From Lepidodermella squamata (Eukaryota > Animalia > Gastrotricha), in assembly GCA_047495785.1 (NCBI GenBank), contig JBLDXI010000050.1:248001-312000 (forward strand): 64,000 nucleotides of DNA. The letters are read 5' to 3'. The notes below the pieces were generated by a model. The model searched no databases and had not been told where the DNA came from. It was given only the letters and a program-made list of their open reading frames with translations. The position numbers and the translations under genes are program-made. Below are positions 48,023-61,683 of the stretch, piece after piece. The first letter of the stretch is position 1; the number at the start of each line of letters is the position of its first letter.

Positions 48023-50502
48023 TCAGGTGCTTTTCGAGGGAGCTTCATTGAGATCCAGCTCAGATGGCGAAAACACATTGTTCACATATTTATCTCTGAT
48101 TACTTTCAGTTTGCTATCCACTTGTTTTCGGGCTTTGGGGCTTTCATCATCGCAGCGCAATGCTGAGTAGTATTCCAGATGTTCACGAGGAATGACCCCG
48201 TCTGCGATGTTGCCCAGTAAATCAAGCTTCAATTTCAATGATATCGGGCGTTGCGTTACATAAGCTTGAACCGGCTCGGCAACAGTGATGCCATCCTGAG
48301 CGTGATAAATAGCGTCGAATGGTAAGCTCTCAATCAGGCGATAAGCATCTGGGAGACGAGTACGTTGGAACGATTTTCGAACAGACACCTTGTGAATTCC
48401 GTCGTTCAACTCGTAGCGATACCACACGAACTCAGTCACTTTCAGTGTTTTCGAGTCTTGCAGCGTTTGAAAGAAATTCGGATACTGTCGAAATTCCTTG
48501 AAGTCTGAGAATTTCGGCTCAACGATCGTAAAAGGAGCTGGGTCGTTTGTAGCTTTCAGGATAATTTCTCGCCATTGAAGGGGATGAGAGATGATGCCGC
48601 TGTATCGTTCTCTCGACTGTTCTACAAGACTGTGTTGAGCGTCAACCTTAAAATAAACACAAGCCCACATTAAGTCTAAAAAGTCTCTGAATTTGTGCCG
48701 AAAATTTAATATTTTCGTAAATTAATCTGCGACTACACTCACCAAGCTAAAAAATCCCGATAGGAATTTTTCAGTAATTTTCCTGTTTACCGGGGCTTTG
48801 CCCGGGTTATTCAGTCTTTTTGTTGAATAATTGACGAAAATAAAAAAAATTACCAGAAAATGCGTGTGTCCTGGAATGAGGAACTTGTGCTCGATGTATT
48901 TCAAGGCCGGTTTGTTGTTCAGTCGACGAGCGTTGTTGATATCTCGCAGAGCGAGCCAATAATAATTCGGAACAAATCGATTGCGACCTTTTCAAATCGA
49001 TAAAGTTAGGATTAGGAATTCAATCAAGTTTGGAAAATAACCTTGCCCGACTGTTGAATCGCTGTACAGAACCACGTGGGTACAAGTGTCAGGGAGAAAA
49101 TTGACCAAATAGTGGTAGAGACAGCTTCCAGTTTCAGTACTACCAGTTGAACCTAAAGCGGAAAGATCTTTGTTAAGGAGTCAAGCTCTTTCTTATAAGG
49201 AAAAGCCTAACCTTCCGTCTCGTCGTATACATACGCCGTTGATTTGCGGGTCCCGGCATCATAGATCGTTAGGTTGTGAGTTATGAGCTTATCAGTATAC
49301 AAGAACCCACAGCACGGAGTTGGCAAGCCCTATAACAATTATCATATAGCCTTTTCAAATTAACGAATTCAAGCAGCGAACCTTTTCAAAGTCAAACATC
49401 AGAACGACGTAATGCGGGCCATCGGGCTCTTTCAGAGACTCGGCCGCTAATTCTCTGTCGAAATGCATCTCTTCCCTTGAGCAATTTTTCTCTAACAAAT
49501 GAGCGTCGTATTCAGCTTGGTTAGCAGCCCGCTCTTGCTGCGACATTAAAGACCAACGAAGACAGACTTTACATCGATCCTTGAGGCATTTTTTCAGAGT
49601 AACATTCGGGAAAAGCGTATGAAAGTTTAGGCGAAACGTGTCGTATTCAACTGTTCGAATCGAAGGGTTAGGTCCAAGCGAGATAATCCAATCTCTGTGA
49701 AGACCTCTGATAGTTACCGAGTTATCAATGTATTCCCTTTTCGAATTATTCCTTTGATAGTGGCTTTGAACACTAAAAACAAATTTTTGTATAAAATCGT
49801 CAAATAAACCGGGGGAGTTATCAGACTTACGTTTCCAGTTTGGCTCGAACGAACTCGCTTATGGATAGAACAGTTTCCGGAGGGATGACATTCTTCCCGT
49901 TAGTTGATGCTCTCCATCTATCAGGCTCAACTGTCATGTTTGAATTTGAGACTTTCTTCTCCAAAGTCCAAAGTGTATCGAACGAATTTGGGCGTCACAT
50001 CGAGCGCCTTAAGAAAGAACTTTCGACACACTACGACACGAGCTAAGGCCAGTCCTATTTTCGGCTGGTGAGCGGGAAGAGAATATGAAGCCGGTAATGA
50101 GTACATGGTTTGGCTGATCTTACTCGAGCCTTTCTTCTCCATCGCCGCATAGCGAGATAGGAAAATCCTCTGATCGTCGATACGGCCTGATTTCCGAAAG
50201 TAAGTTGACAGGGCTCGAATCGATTCGTCTGAAAACTTTTGCCAACATTTCCATTTGTTACAGCAGTTTTTTAACAAAATGCCGGCTTTAGCCTCAAAGC
50301 GGGATGCTTTTCTTTTCACGTATCTCAGGGCCTTGTTGCGATGCTTATGGTAGACAAGCTTCTTACGGAAGTAGCTCTCGCCTCTGTTGCGGCGATACTT
50401 CTCCAGTAGGCGGGCCTTTTGAGGCGGATAGCGTCGCCGGTTGCCCTTGACAATTGTGGCTGAAACACCAGCCGAATCGACGGCAAATGTAGTGTTTCGC
50501 AT
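48023..50502 (-). mobile_element. Sola-like DDD transposase gene with five introns and one frameshift
   Basis: Spliced motifs VCRKFFLKAL, SHYQRNNSKREYI, KDRCKVC, FDFEK|GLPTP, YSDSTVGQG|RN, HKFLIPGHTHFL|VDAQHSLVE. A 7-bp duplication at 49961-49974 shifts the frame. The 5' start is uncertain. Confidence 0.75.
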
Positions 50503-51396
50503 GATTTGAGTACACAATTCTTTAAAATACGAGAAATTCAAGAATCGATGATACAAAACTGGTTGCAAATAAATGTAACGAAAAACCAGATGAGAAGAAA
50601 TCAGAGAAGAAAAAAGATTAAAAACCTAATCACTGTCTCGACTTAATAATTAAGGTGGAGTGATTTATTTTTGGAAAAATTTCAAAAATGAGTTTGAGCG
50701 ATTCAGTTTGAATTTTGAATGGGATACGACAGTATGCCATAATTCTCACTAAGATCTATTACCATGTCAAAATTTGTGGACAAGGAGTTTCTAAACAATG
50801 TATAAGCGTATTTACTATAACATAGAATAGAATATAGAAATGTATATAGAATGTAGCCTTTATACTGACCGATGCCACGCTATCGCCAGGCTTTGTTTTT
50901 GCGCGCACGTAAACATGAATGTACGCGAATATGTGGCCGTGTATATTTTGTATGTGAAGGTCAGCCGGCGAGCGCGTGAGTAGCGTCGGCTATTGATTAT
51001 ACTTATCATAGGCACAGAAGTACTGCGGAGCTGCGTCTACGCCATAAATCAATAAAAAATAAAAAAATAATAATAAAAAAATTGCGGATAAAAAATTAAA
51101 ACAAAGCGATAAAATATGTTTATTTTTTGTAACATGTGCTGCAACACCCAATGGTTTCACCTTGAAGTGACCATCTAATCATATACACCCGAATATTCGC
51201 TGAAGTGAAATATTGAGGGAGGAGCGTGGAATAATTCATCATACACTATTTAGTGCAATATAGTTCAGGAAATTGACTAATTCGCACTGGATAACTTCAG
51301 TCTCGAAACTCCGCAAAATAAATGTAAAAATGATCATTTTTGTGTCAAACGCAAATCCACCAATTCTAAATAATTTATTTATTAGCAACTTATTCA

Positions 51397-52724
51397 CATA
51401 GAGAACGTAGTGATCAGAGTGCGCACTCACGCTTTTTTCTTGAAACAAAAATTTTTTTTTGTGTGCGCGCATCTTTTTTGAAAACATGCATGTTTTACAG
51501 TGTAATTTTGTGTTTTTCAACATTTTTCCGCGGAAATCGGCCGTCCAGTATTTTATGTCAAGTGACACCTTCCGAATAATTCAAACCTGCTCTTTCATGT
51601 AATAATGGCCGCTTGTTGCCGAAAATTACTTATCCTGGCGATTTCCCAATGGATATCGAATTGTCCCCTATGAGGTCGCCCTCACTCACTTAGCTATTAG
51701 CAGTTACTAGTAACTACCAATGTCCCGGTTTAGATACTGTAAGATTTTTCATGAAACAAGCTTTCCGCAGATATATAAAACTCATACTTTTGGTCACGCT
51801 ATGCGTGCAAAATGAGTCTTGAACTTCAGCGCATTTTATTCTGATTTTTCGGAGCAATTGAAAATTGAGCTTTGAAAGTTAAATATTTCTTTGGCGATTT
51901 TTCAGTTTTTATTACAAAGCGTGCTGAGTTCTTTGTTTAGCCTTCCTGAACTAATTTTACATGACCTTTTCAAATTTTTCGGTTTCAGACCGATAACTCG
52001 CTTTCCATTATCGGCAAAAAACGGGGGAATTTAATGTGGCAACTGAATCTTGGGAAACTCTTTCAATTTCAGGCTCCTGTGGAGACACTGGTATAACTTG
52101 GTCTGCTGTTTTGAGCTTTCAGCTAGATTCCTCACCTTCAAATACCCTGAATGAGATACAACTGAGTGCGTGAGGTTATCAATAGTGTGTGCAGTGAAGC
52201 AAATTACGAGTGTATGCCAATAATTCAGATTTTTGAGAGCGCATTTCGAAAATTTGCATTTTTGGTCGAAGAATTTGAGACTGTGTTTCTCGACAACCAT
52301 GATAGCTACGAACGCCGTTCAGATATCAGACAATTTACTCCTTGTGCCTTGATCTTTGCAATAACTATAACATTTCACCCGATTAACGCTTCTGATAAGG
52401 TGGGTAGCTCGTTTTTCGGTGCAACAGGTCGCTAAAGTGTTTGCATTTGTAAGTCGGATAACTCATGATACGAAAATTTCGGCATGGTGGGATTTTCAGG
52501 AAGCGATAGAGCGAGAAAGGATCTACGTGATGCATATAATGAGAAAGAAATATAAAACGGCCGATTTCAAGTAAAAATCATCGAAAAAATCAAAATTTGC
52601 ATGAAAAAGTGCTATCCAAGGTTGTCGAAAAATTCGGCATTTAGAATTAAGGAGGGGTTTTTCATTTATTTTTTGTTTCAATTTAGCATCGTGAGTGCGC
52701 ACTCTGATCACTACGTTCTCTATG
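51397..52724. mobile_element. Non-autonomous DNA transposon (P/hAT-like), 35-bp perfect TIRs, 8-bp TSD
   Basis: TIR catagagaacgtagtgatcagagtgcgcactcacg; TSD cttattca at 51389-51396 and 52725-52732. Confidence 0.93.
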
Positions 52725-52898
52725 CTTATTCATTTCTAAATTTGCTTTGCGGAGTTGAATGTACAGAATTGGCGTTGCTGAACTGGCGCTGCGCATTAGT
52801 CTTAGAACCGCAGGAGCAACCGCGCGCCGGCAACACTAGGGTTTTATGTTCCACGGCATATTTCCGAGAAATTTCCATGCGCTTTGTGTATCTAGTAT

Positions 52899-54118
52899 GA
52901 CGGGGAACTCCCGTTGTCGTGGGGCGTGTTCGGCCTGTCGGCCTGTCGGTCGTCAAGGAGGATAGTGGGGTACCTATGAAAAATAGCGGTGTAGTCACAG
53001 TTAACCGATGCAAGCTGTATTCCGTTGTTAGGTGTGTCGTCAAGGAGGATAGTGGTGTACGTAAAAAAAAACATCCAACTGTCCACTATGACGGGGAACT
53101 CCCGTTTTCCCGTTGTCGTGGGGCGTGTTCCGTCCGTCGTTCCGTCCGTCGTTAAAGTAGTATGTGTTAGTGTTGTCAAAAAAATGAGTCCTATGTTTGA
53201 GGAGGATGTGTGTGTTGCAGTAAAAAATGCGTTGTCGTGTGACGGGGAACTCTCGATGATGTGGGGTCTTGTTCTAATCTGTCGGCAAAAAAGCATCAGT
53301 AACGGGTGATAAAAATTAATCCCATTTACAGCAGGATTAGGGTGTGCCAGTAAAAAATGCGCTCTGTGCCGTGATGCCAGTCAATGACGCGTGCAGTTGT
53401 GCGCACGGCATCGACGCACTACATGGGCTGACTAGCGTGACAGGTGATTACCGTTTGCGCTACTCGGTTTGCGCGACGCGATCTGCTCGCCTATTACATG
53501 GTGCATATGCATGTTAAGTGCCGCGCAAAATGAGTAGCGCAGACGGTAACCGCCCGTACTATTTTTGCATGTGCGGCGTGACAACGTTTGACCTGCGACT
53601 AACGGTAATAGCACATTCCCAGACCCGCTTACGTTTTCGTAAAAACCATTACGCTACGCATTTGCGCTATTTTAACCGTTGATAAGCTAATGTGACGTAA
53701 AACGTAAATGTTCAAATACTAGCACATTCATGATTTGTTGCTAGAATTGAAGCCCACAGCCCACCTAAGCAACGATACATTGACTTGCAAGCCCATCTCA
53801 AAAATAGCCCGGGCGCTACAACGTAATACGCGATAAGCTGCGAGATATGGACCCTAATGCTAAGTGGTGTATGTGACGGTTACCGAATGAATCTCAAATG
53901 AAGGATCGATTCCATCCGGGAATTACGCCGTCGTCGCGTGTGGATGACACGCTACTTGGTTATATGCGCAAAGCTGGACAGCAACTCAAAGATGTGCACG
54001 AAAACGTTATACCTAGGTCTTAGGTTATGCATGTTCAGAGTCACACGTGCCCACGTGCTTGACGAAGTCACGGAGTTCCCCGTCAACTGTCAAAGGCCGC
54101 AGGCCGACAGTGGTAATT
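52899..54118. mobile_element. Probable transposon remnant with gacggggaactc subrepeats
   Basis: Motif at 52899, 53090 and 53241. 54070-54118 is the reverse complement of the insertion edge at ~20904-20951. Confidence 0.5.
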
Positions 54119-54718
54119 TAAATAGCCCGAATGTGCAACAATTACAAGACCTTGACGGCGTTTTGCGTACCTGGAAACATTGGTTGCAGCAACCAGCAAC
54201 CCGTGAATGTACTCATAATTCCATAAACCGAAATGTTCATTCAAATCCCGCGATTTCATTCCTTTGAATTGATTCATGTCTCAGAGACCACCATATAGCA
54301 GTTTTCAGGGACTCGGGATTCGGTCATTCATGCTCATGGTTTCGAATTTTTCGGGTAATTTACAAATCAAAATCAATAAATGCGGGAAAAATCAATCATT
54401 TCTTGATAAATCATTGTGGAACCACTGGTAAGTTGAACCTTGGCGCGCACGCTGATTGGTCAATTTATCGTTGCTAATGACTCCGGAATGAAACATTTCC
54501 GTCGTGCGATCCACTAATAAATTATTTTATATTTATGAAAAAAATGACCTTGCCACACCCTCTGCCCGGTTTCCATTGACCACGAGCGTAAACTCCATAT
54601 TAATTGTGGTAAATTGCTGCGGCAAAAAACACTTGTTGCAAAAAATCTTATGGATCGCACGACAGAACGTTTCATCCGGGAGTCATAGCAACGATCGATT
54701 GACCAATCAGCGTGCGCA

Positions 54719-55186
54719 TTGGATTGGACTTTTAAGTGGTCACACAATGATGTAAGGAAGTTGAAATTATCAGCTGGTTGCGATGCGGCTACTGAACTTC
54801 GAATTCCGGCAATTGGGAATTCGCAAGCCAGGCTGCCAGATTGCGACCAAGAGGTTTCGTTAGACTTTAACAGTCAGCGAAGCCTCGCCCTTCGAAATGT
54901 GGCTGGCATGCTGACTACGATCAGATCGGACGTCAAGTTCGCGGCTGTCAGAAAAGCGCTGGGGGGTAAATCGGGATTCGCGTGGATCGGCCTCTCCAAG
55001 CAGAACGACGTGATCAAATGGGTCGATGGCACTGATTTCACGGACGTTCGAGCTCAGTGGCAGGGGTCAGCAGATGGCGATGGATGCGTTGTTTTGAAAA
55101 AGCGCAGGGTGCCTCCTAATTTTTACTTGGTAAAGGTTTCATTTTCTAGTACTGGAACCTTTGTCCTATGTGAGGCATTTTCTTGA
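54719..55186 (+). CDS. C-type lectin-like domain (partial; exon or pseudogene)
   Basis: AWIGLS..IKWVDGT..W...GCVVL..FVLCE; no clear start or signal peptide. Confidence 0.55.
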   Translation: MDWTFKWSHNDVRKLKLSAGCDAATELRIPAIGNSQARLPDCDQEVSLDFNSQRSLALRNVAGMLTTIRSDVKFAAVRKALGGKSGFAWIGLSKQNDVIKWVDGTDFTDVRAQWQGSADGDGCVVLKKRRVPPNFYLVKVSFSSTGTFVLCEAFS

Positions 55187-55642
55187 TCAGTCAAGGGTAT
55201 ACTAACCAGAATCAGATCTAAGATCTAAGCGTAGATAGGCAAGTCCATTTTCCACGTCAATCAATCAAATGATAGTATAGCACATACTGAGATTTTTTTG
55301 TCATATACCTATTAGGCACAAAAGCTCAAGTGTTAATCTACTTCTTGCCGAAGGCAGGTGATGTTGGTTTTCAGCAGCGTAAAGTGTGAACCAGGGGGTT
55401 TGATGTCGCAAATCGACGGGATAAGCTCGATTTGCACCAGACCCACTTAGACGATTTTCATGCGTTTTTTTGTGAACGGTAATCGCGTTGCATTTTTTCG
55501 AAGAAGGATCGAAGACCAAGAGCATTGCAGTCACCCAGCCATCAACAGTACGGTTGATGGGCTATGCTAACTACAAAAGCGCTGTGACTTCGAACCACGG
55601 CGAACCACGAACATTCAGCGGAAGAACAGCAGACGGCCACAT

Positions 55643-56238
55643 CTAGGATGAACTCCTCGCTTGCTGAATTGTTGCTAGCATATCTTTTAACAATTTCACG
55701 TTACCCATTGACCAATCTTGGCATGGCCTGGCCACATAGCCCTTCGGAGGCATGAGATGTAGCTTAGGAAAGATTTCTTCGTCATACTCGCCAGACATTG
55801 TGTCTTCGACAACAAGATTTGCCCACGTGGAAAATGTCACCCTGTTCTCGCAGGCGGCAAGTGATCCCAATTTAGCGATGCATTCATTTAAGCGAAGTGT
55901 GCACACAATTTCTCGCTCAATAACTTTGTTCATCAGTAAGATTAATTGTTTCAGCGTTCGCGCCTTCTCGGCTATTTAGAACAGACTGAATTAGAAAATC
56001 TTGAACTTTGAACGCTCAACATCTTACCAGATAAATTCCATCTGTTGCGTGATTGATTCGATTCTGCATCGATAAGAGCATTCGGAGCTGCAATGTTGAC
56101 CGCCGGCTGTGGAATAGCTGCTGGCGATTCTAGATCAGTCCCAGGCGTAAGGGCATGTGCAGGATTGGTATTCATGGGCTGAGTTATAGCCACAACAGCC
56201 ACTGCAATTATTAACATATACCTTGTGAGGAAAGTCAT
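55643..56238 (-). CDS. Small secreted four-Cys protein (179 aa), two exons
   Basis: Exons 56238-56028 and 55971-55643 in frame; signal peptide; paralog at 63394-63863. Confidence 0.75.
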
Positions 56239-58442
56239 TTGAAAATTTGAAGGATAGGAAGCAGCAAATGACAGTGGCTCCTTTTATTACCTTCATAGCA
56301 GCTTTCCAACCTTCAAACATACTCAACCTAAATCGAAAGATGATTCATTTCATGATATAATATAATTCTAGGTTTACACTTTAAACGCAATGCGCTGGTA
56401 TTCAACACATCCGTGATGATATAATATACCTACACACGTGGTCATTACACACTTTTTTATTCAGTTATTTCAGTGGTTACAATTGGCAACAGCAGCAGCA
56501 AAGCTGCCGCAGTAGCGCCGGAGGGAGTCAGTCTTTCAGACTGACGAGAAAAATGATGGCAGTTCTACCTGTAAACTATCGGGTACGGCCTGAATCGAGC
56601 CTGCTGTAATCTCTATGCCATGACCAAGATCCACAGCAATCTTTCCATATACCCCTAGGCCAAGTATATGTTAGGTCTATATGTAATTATATGTTCACAT
56701 ATTGGACAGTTGATTTTCACATATATTGGACACTTGATTTTTTAAGGAGGAGCACATATTGGACAGTTGTCTATTGTTCAGACCCATGAAACTCATGAAA
56801 ATCAAGAAACCCGAGGAAACCAAAATAGCTTTATTATTCAAAATTAACTGAGCCCTTCACAAAGTTGGAGCAGCTCGAGAACCGAGCAGCATTCAGCCCA
56901 AATTTCGAAAAATCGAGCAGCAATCGGCCACAATTCCAACGCAATCGAGCAGCATTTAGTTCAGTTGTTGACATAATCGAGCAGTAATCGCCAACAGCAA
57001 TCGCCAAAAAAGCGAGTAAAAATCAAAACGAAAATCAGCAGAATGAGCGAAAAGCTCAGTTTTCGATGAAAAATAGAGTTGGATGTTTTATTTTCCCATT
57101 AATAACTTTTGCAACACGGGGGTATGGGGTACGAGGGTATTTCAATGGAGCCCTGACAATCGGTAGATACTACTTTGCCTCGGGGTATATGCAAATATTG
57201 GACTTGGAGTCGTAAATATGTTAAAAAAAACCTCACATAAAACGTCCTCGCCTGCGGCTCGGCCATTATATGTTCGGTTTTTCAACATATTTCCTCCTCT
57301 ATGTCCAATATATACACATATCCTCGCGCAACAGCACGACTTAGCGACCGGCATTGCCTCATAGCGGCGTTGAATGGGCAATATGCTAGCAAGCGACAGC
57401 AGTCCTCGAGGGCGGAGACTCTGACGTAGTAGTCGTAGGACAGACTCTCAGAATGTCGTGCCAAGGGTGCTGGGTAAACGGATGAGATCAGTTGTGCACA
57501 TCATATGTGTACGAAAGAAGTGACACCCCTAGCACCACCGATCCATACCGTACACATGTAACGTAGTTTTCAGTCGTTTTTCAGCACGGTAACATAGTTT
57601 TAATTTGAAACTTTCTTCTAGAATTGAAAGTTTCCAGAAACTGTCTTGTTTGAAACTAACGCGAAAAACGATTGAGGGACATCTTCAAAAGACTAACATA
57701 TCCGAAACTGCACGATAGCTCAGTTAATAAAGCGCCTGTCTTCGAAGGTTCTATTGAGGGTTCTCATTTTGCTACCGTGACGTTTTCATTTTTTCCACCG
57801 ACGGTACCGTACTAAACGGCAACGCGTTCACTGCGGTGTAAGAACTACGGTGGAGATCGGCACCTTTAGAAAATTGGGCTAATACCATCTAATCCGGGAG
57901 TAGTAGAAAGCCATATAGGCGAGTCAAAGTGTATGCTAAGTTGAGTCAAGCGCTGGCTAACGGAAAACTCAGCCTTACTATATGGGAGTTGGAGAGGCTA
58001 AGTTCGTGGAAGATAGTGAAGTAGGACAGCGGAATTGGCAGTGACGATCGACGATCCCTACCATGCATAGCGTTAGTTCTCTCGCTGTGTCAAGTGCCCG
58101 TTACCTTGCTCGTCTAACCAGGGAATTTTTAAAATCTTAAGGCGACACTCAGTATCGGCTACCACGCGCCGTAGAACGGAGAACTCAGCGGTTCTGGGAG
58201 TTGTAGAGACTCAGTTCGCCGCAGATCAAGTTCGGACGCGTCAAACAGCCGGTGATAGCAGCCTAAGAGCCTCAGAGTAACGGATTCGGTCAACGGCGTA
58301 ATGAGTTTCAACAACTGATCGAGTAACCTATGAGCAAAATCGACAGACAGCGCAAGGACACCGCCATCTATTAACTATTAAAGACTCCTGAGTAGTTGCC
58401 ACGCTTCACGTTTAGCTGTTAGAGCTTCTAGCTTCTATAATA

Positions 58443-58660
58443 AGAAGGTTAGTGATATCGCATCTCAAAATGGGGTGCCAGGATCGAGGTCATAAAATGA
58501 CCGCTCGTGAGACGGTCTCCAATCTACAGCCAACTTCGGCCAACTGGCTCCCAGTTGCTCGCTGGATCCACAGCACAACGGGCGAGACTGAGCGACTTGC
58601 AAATGAACATATCCCTGACATAAACGGTGACGATACGGCTGCAATGTATAGGGTGGTTTT
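58443..58660. repeat. Dispersed repeat related to 15810-16120
   Basis: Shared motifs as listed for 15810-16120. Confidence 0.55.
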
Positions 58661-59968
58661 AGATCAACAAGCCAAAACTAAATAATTAATGGAGTGCGCG
58701 ACAAGCGTGCAGAGACTGCGCGCACTCTGGCGGCATACAAACATCGTGTCCACTCACAAACGGTGACAGTATGGGGGTTCCCCCCGGCATTATATGCACC
58801 TACAAAACCATGGGAATGGGGTTCGCTTGCGCCCGTTGAAACATTGCGTGCATAAATCATTGTATATTGTATACATTTTTAGACATGCGACATGCTGTAT
58901 TTAGCTTCCTTTAAAACCATCTTTATCTGCAAAGTTACAGATTTATTTTGGGAAAAAAATCAATGACATTTCACTTCATGATTGCAACGAACGATTGCAG
59001 TTGACGGAAGATCACTACGGCTTTATCTGCAACATTGTTACAGATATATTTTTATAAAAATTAAATTCCCTTTCACTTTATGAATAATGTAGCTGATCGA
59101 CGGGCAATCGCTACAGCTTTATCTGAGAATAGTACAAACACACTGGTCAGAATCGAAATAGCCAAACACGCGAGAGATGCAACGATTTGCTGGATTACAT
59201 GGTAGTTGGTCGACGCTACAACCATGAAAATTGCACCGACGACTAGGGTGTAAAGATCGTGTTTTCATGTTGAAATTAGAATATAATTTTACCTACTGTA
59301 GTACTTACGCATAAAAGCGCCCTGACCTAGATTGTACCGCCTTTGATAATTTTACCTGACTATTTAAGCGCTCGCTTTAAGCGCTTCAGCTTTAGTGCTC
59401 GTATATTGTAGTTTGGTAATAAAGATGATTTTGCGCGACTTCTATTTTGCCGTTATACGAGAACTCGAAATAATAACAAACGAGGTTTGTTACATTGGTG
59501 GCAGCGGTATTACGTGCCCGCCTTCGATATCGTTTGGCTACCAACCGTCGTATCGCCGGGTTTCGACTTTGGCTCGATTTTCAATCGACGATGCCTTTCG
59601 CTTTTCGCGCTGCGATCGCTTCGATTTTCAATTTATTTATTTATTTATTTATTTATGAGCCATTCATCCGTTTTTAGAAAAAGTTGGAAAGCTCAGCTGT
59701 AAAAAAAGACAATGGATTAGTTAGGTTCGATTTAAACTGTACACAAGATTAGATAGTTATAAAACATCATGTAACTTATAAAGTATGACCAATATTTTCT
59801 TTGCCTCGCATTTTTTCAATAACTTCGTGACCATGAGGAATTTTTTGGAGCGGTTTTCACCATTTGATAAATCAGGTCTTCGGTAAACTTTCCTCAAATT
59901 TTCGTCAAAATTGGTTCAGAGCGAAGAAATTGGTGACAAAAATGCCGTTTGCGGTTTCAATTAAGAAT

Positions 59969-60011
59969 TCTCGGATGAGTCTCTTGGCCGAGACGAAACG
60001 TATACGTCAGA
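59969..60011 (+). ncRNA. Minimal type I hammerhead ribozyme-like motif (shortened stem I)
   Basis: TCT-CGGATGA-GTCTC-TTGGCC-GAGAC-GAAAC-GTATAC-GTC-AGA. Confidence 0.6.
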
Positions 60012-60350
60012 CATTCAACGCAACAACGCAAATTATGTATAAACACGTGATAATTACAACCTGCTTTTGTGCAGGATTGTCGGTAGCTAAATTAAGCAGT
60101 AGATAAAATTATATTCAGAGGGGTTTTTTATTCGCTACACTTCGAACAGTATGTACTGTAATTAGTATATTGTTGCTCGAAAATAGCACTTTCTATAAAA
60201 AATGCAATAAGTTTCTATTCGTTCGTAAATTCTATATTTGTATGGTATGACATGAGTAAAACGTTTATAAAACGTACGGAGCCGCCCGAGATTTACGAGT
60301 CGGAACGAGTCGAAGACGAGTGGAGATGAGTAAATCGAGTGCGGCGAGTT
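59969..60350 (+). repeat. 382-bp direct repeat, copy 1
   Basis: Appears identical to 62459-62840 (offset 2490). Confidence 0.95.
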
Positions 60351-60958
60351 GTCCTGGGCACCTCTAGGATGTTTGAGAGTTCTTTGAGGGCGTTTTGTTT
60401 GCGGGTAGAAGCCCTTGGTGCGGTTCGAAGTTTGAAGAAGGTGGCTATGGCTACCGGGGCCTCACCATTAATGCAGCGCCAGATCAGTGTTGCCAGGTGA
60501 ACTTTTCGTTTTCCGTCAAGATCCAGCCATCCGAGTTTTTGTCTGAGCGATGCTGGGTCCGCGTTCATCGGAGCGTGGCAAATGATTCTTACGGCCTGGT
60601 CTTGGCGACGTTGTAGTTTGTTGAGCTTGGTCGGTGCCAGCTGCGAGAGAGTGGTATCGCAGTACATTAAGTGGCAGAATATTAGGCCATTTGCCATGAG
60701 TTTGAGAGTCTTTCGATCAAGGTATTTAGCAGCGATCCTCAGTCCGAATAAGCCACTACGTGATTTGTTTTTTACCCCCCTTAAATGTTCCTTAAATCCT
60801 AATTTATTGTCAAGAGTAAACCCCAAGACTTTGAGTGATGACGTTGTTCCGATCAAGCAGCCGTCAATTTTGATTTCGAATTTAGGTGGGGAAGTGGTGT
60901 TGTAGTCAGTTGGCAAAACAATCATCTGCGATTTTTTCCCGTTTACCATTAGACTGTT
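60351..60958 (-). mobile_element. CR1/L2-like LINE ORF2 C-terminal fragment (family A)
   Basis: LMVNGKKSQMI..LKVLGFTLDNKLGFKEHL..LQRRQDQAVRII..LGWL. Confidence 0.85.
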
Positions 60959-61678
60959 CCGTTTACCATCAAAACTGCCGTCATGATGACCAATGGTCTC
61001 GTTGTCAGTCACCTGAATTATGGGGACATTACCCTTGGGCAAGCCTCAAAATCCACCCGCGACAAGCTGCAATCTTCCCAAGATCGAGCCATCAAAATCC
61101 TCTACGGCGCTCATCCTTTGGCGGATCCGGCTCCGCTTCGGCATCGACTCGGATGGCTTACTGTCAACCAGAAACATGCGGTACACCTATGCACATTCAT
61201 ATGGAAGAGCCTCCACGAGATGGCGCCGGACGACTTCAAGTCGATGTTCAAACTGAACGATCGCAGCCACGGCTATAACTGTCGCAATTTCGAGCCAATG
61301 CTCAAACAGACCTTCACGACCGAGCGCGGCCAATTGAGCCTGTCTTACAGAGCCCCACATTTGTGGAATGAAATGCCCTCGGTTGTTCACGACGCGCAGT
61401 CTGCTAAGGCGTGTCGCGAAGCTGCCTACGCACATTTTTACGCCAGAAAAGCCACACAACCATAGTCAATAATTATATTTTGTATTTTTGCTCAATTTGT
61501 TGTGTCTGATTCTGTTGTTGGACTTTCTACAATTGCATCGCATTTTCGAATATTTAATGTCATCCGATTTGTCCTTAACCTCTGCACTCTGTCCTACAAT
61601 TATATGTTTTTCTTTCATTCAACTTGCTAAGCTGCCCTCTTCTGGGCGATATGGCTTCTAAATGAATAAATAAAAAAA
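60959..61678 (+). mobile_element. 5'-truncated CR1/L2-like LINE 3' end (family B)
   Basis: SHLNYG..KLQSSQDRAIKIL..LGWL..SYRAPHLWNEMP; 3' UTR matches 15027-15250; ends aatgaataaataaaaaaa. Confidence 0.85.
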
Positions 61679-61683
61679 TTCTG

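Noticed and set aside
52899-53270. CRISPR-like spaced repeats
   Set aside because: Eukaryotic context; spacers are long, irregular and mutually similar; no cas genes. Better explained as transposon subrepeats.
56690-57000. Short tandem motifs (cacatattggacagttg; aatcgagcag)
   Set aside because: Probably transposon-internal; I could not define boundaries or a function
57708-57770. tRNA gene (gcacgatagctcagttaataaagcgcctgtc..)
   Set aside because: Only an A-box-like half is present; B box and acceptor stem are not intact. At most a decayed SINE.
60293-61465. Overlapping opposite-strand ORFs, or a twin-primed LINE inversion
   Set aside because: The two pieces encode the same ORF2 region with different sequences, so they are two LINE families abutting head-to-head. 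The overlap is read-through across the junction.
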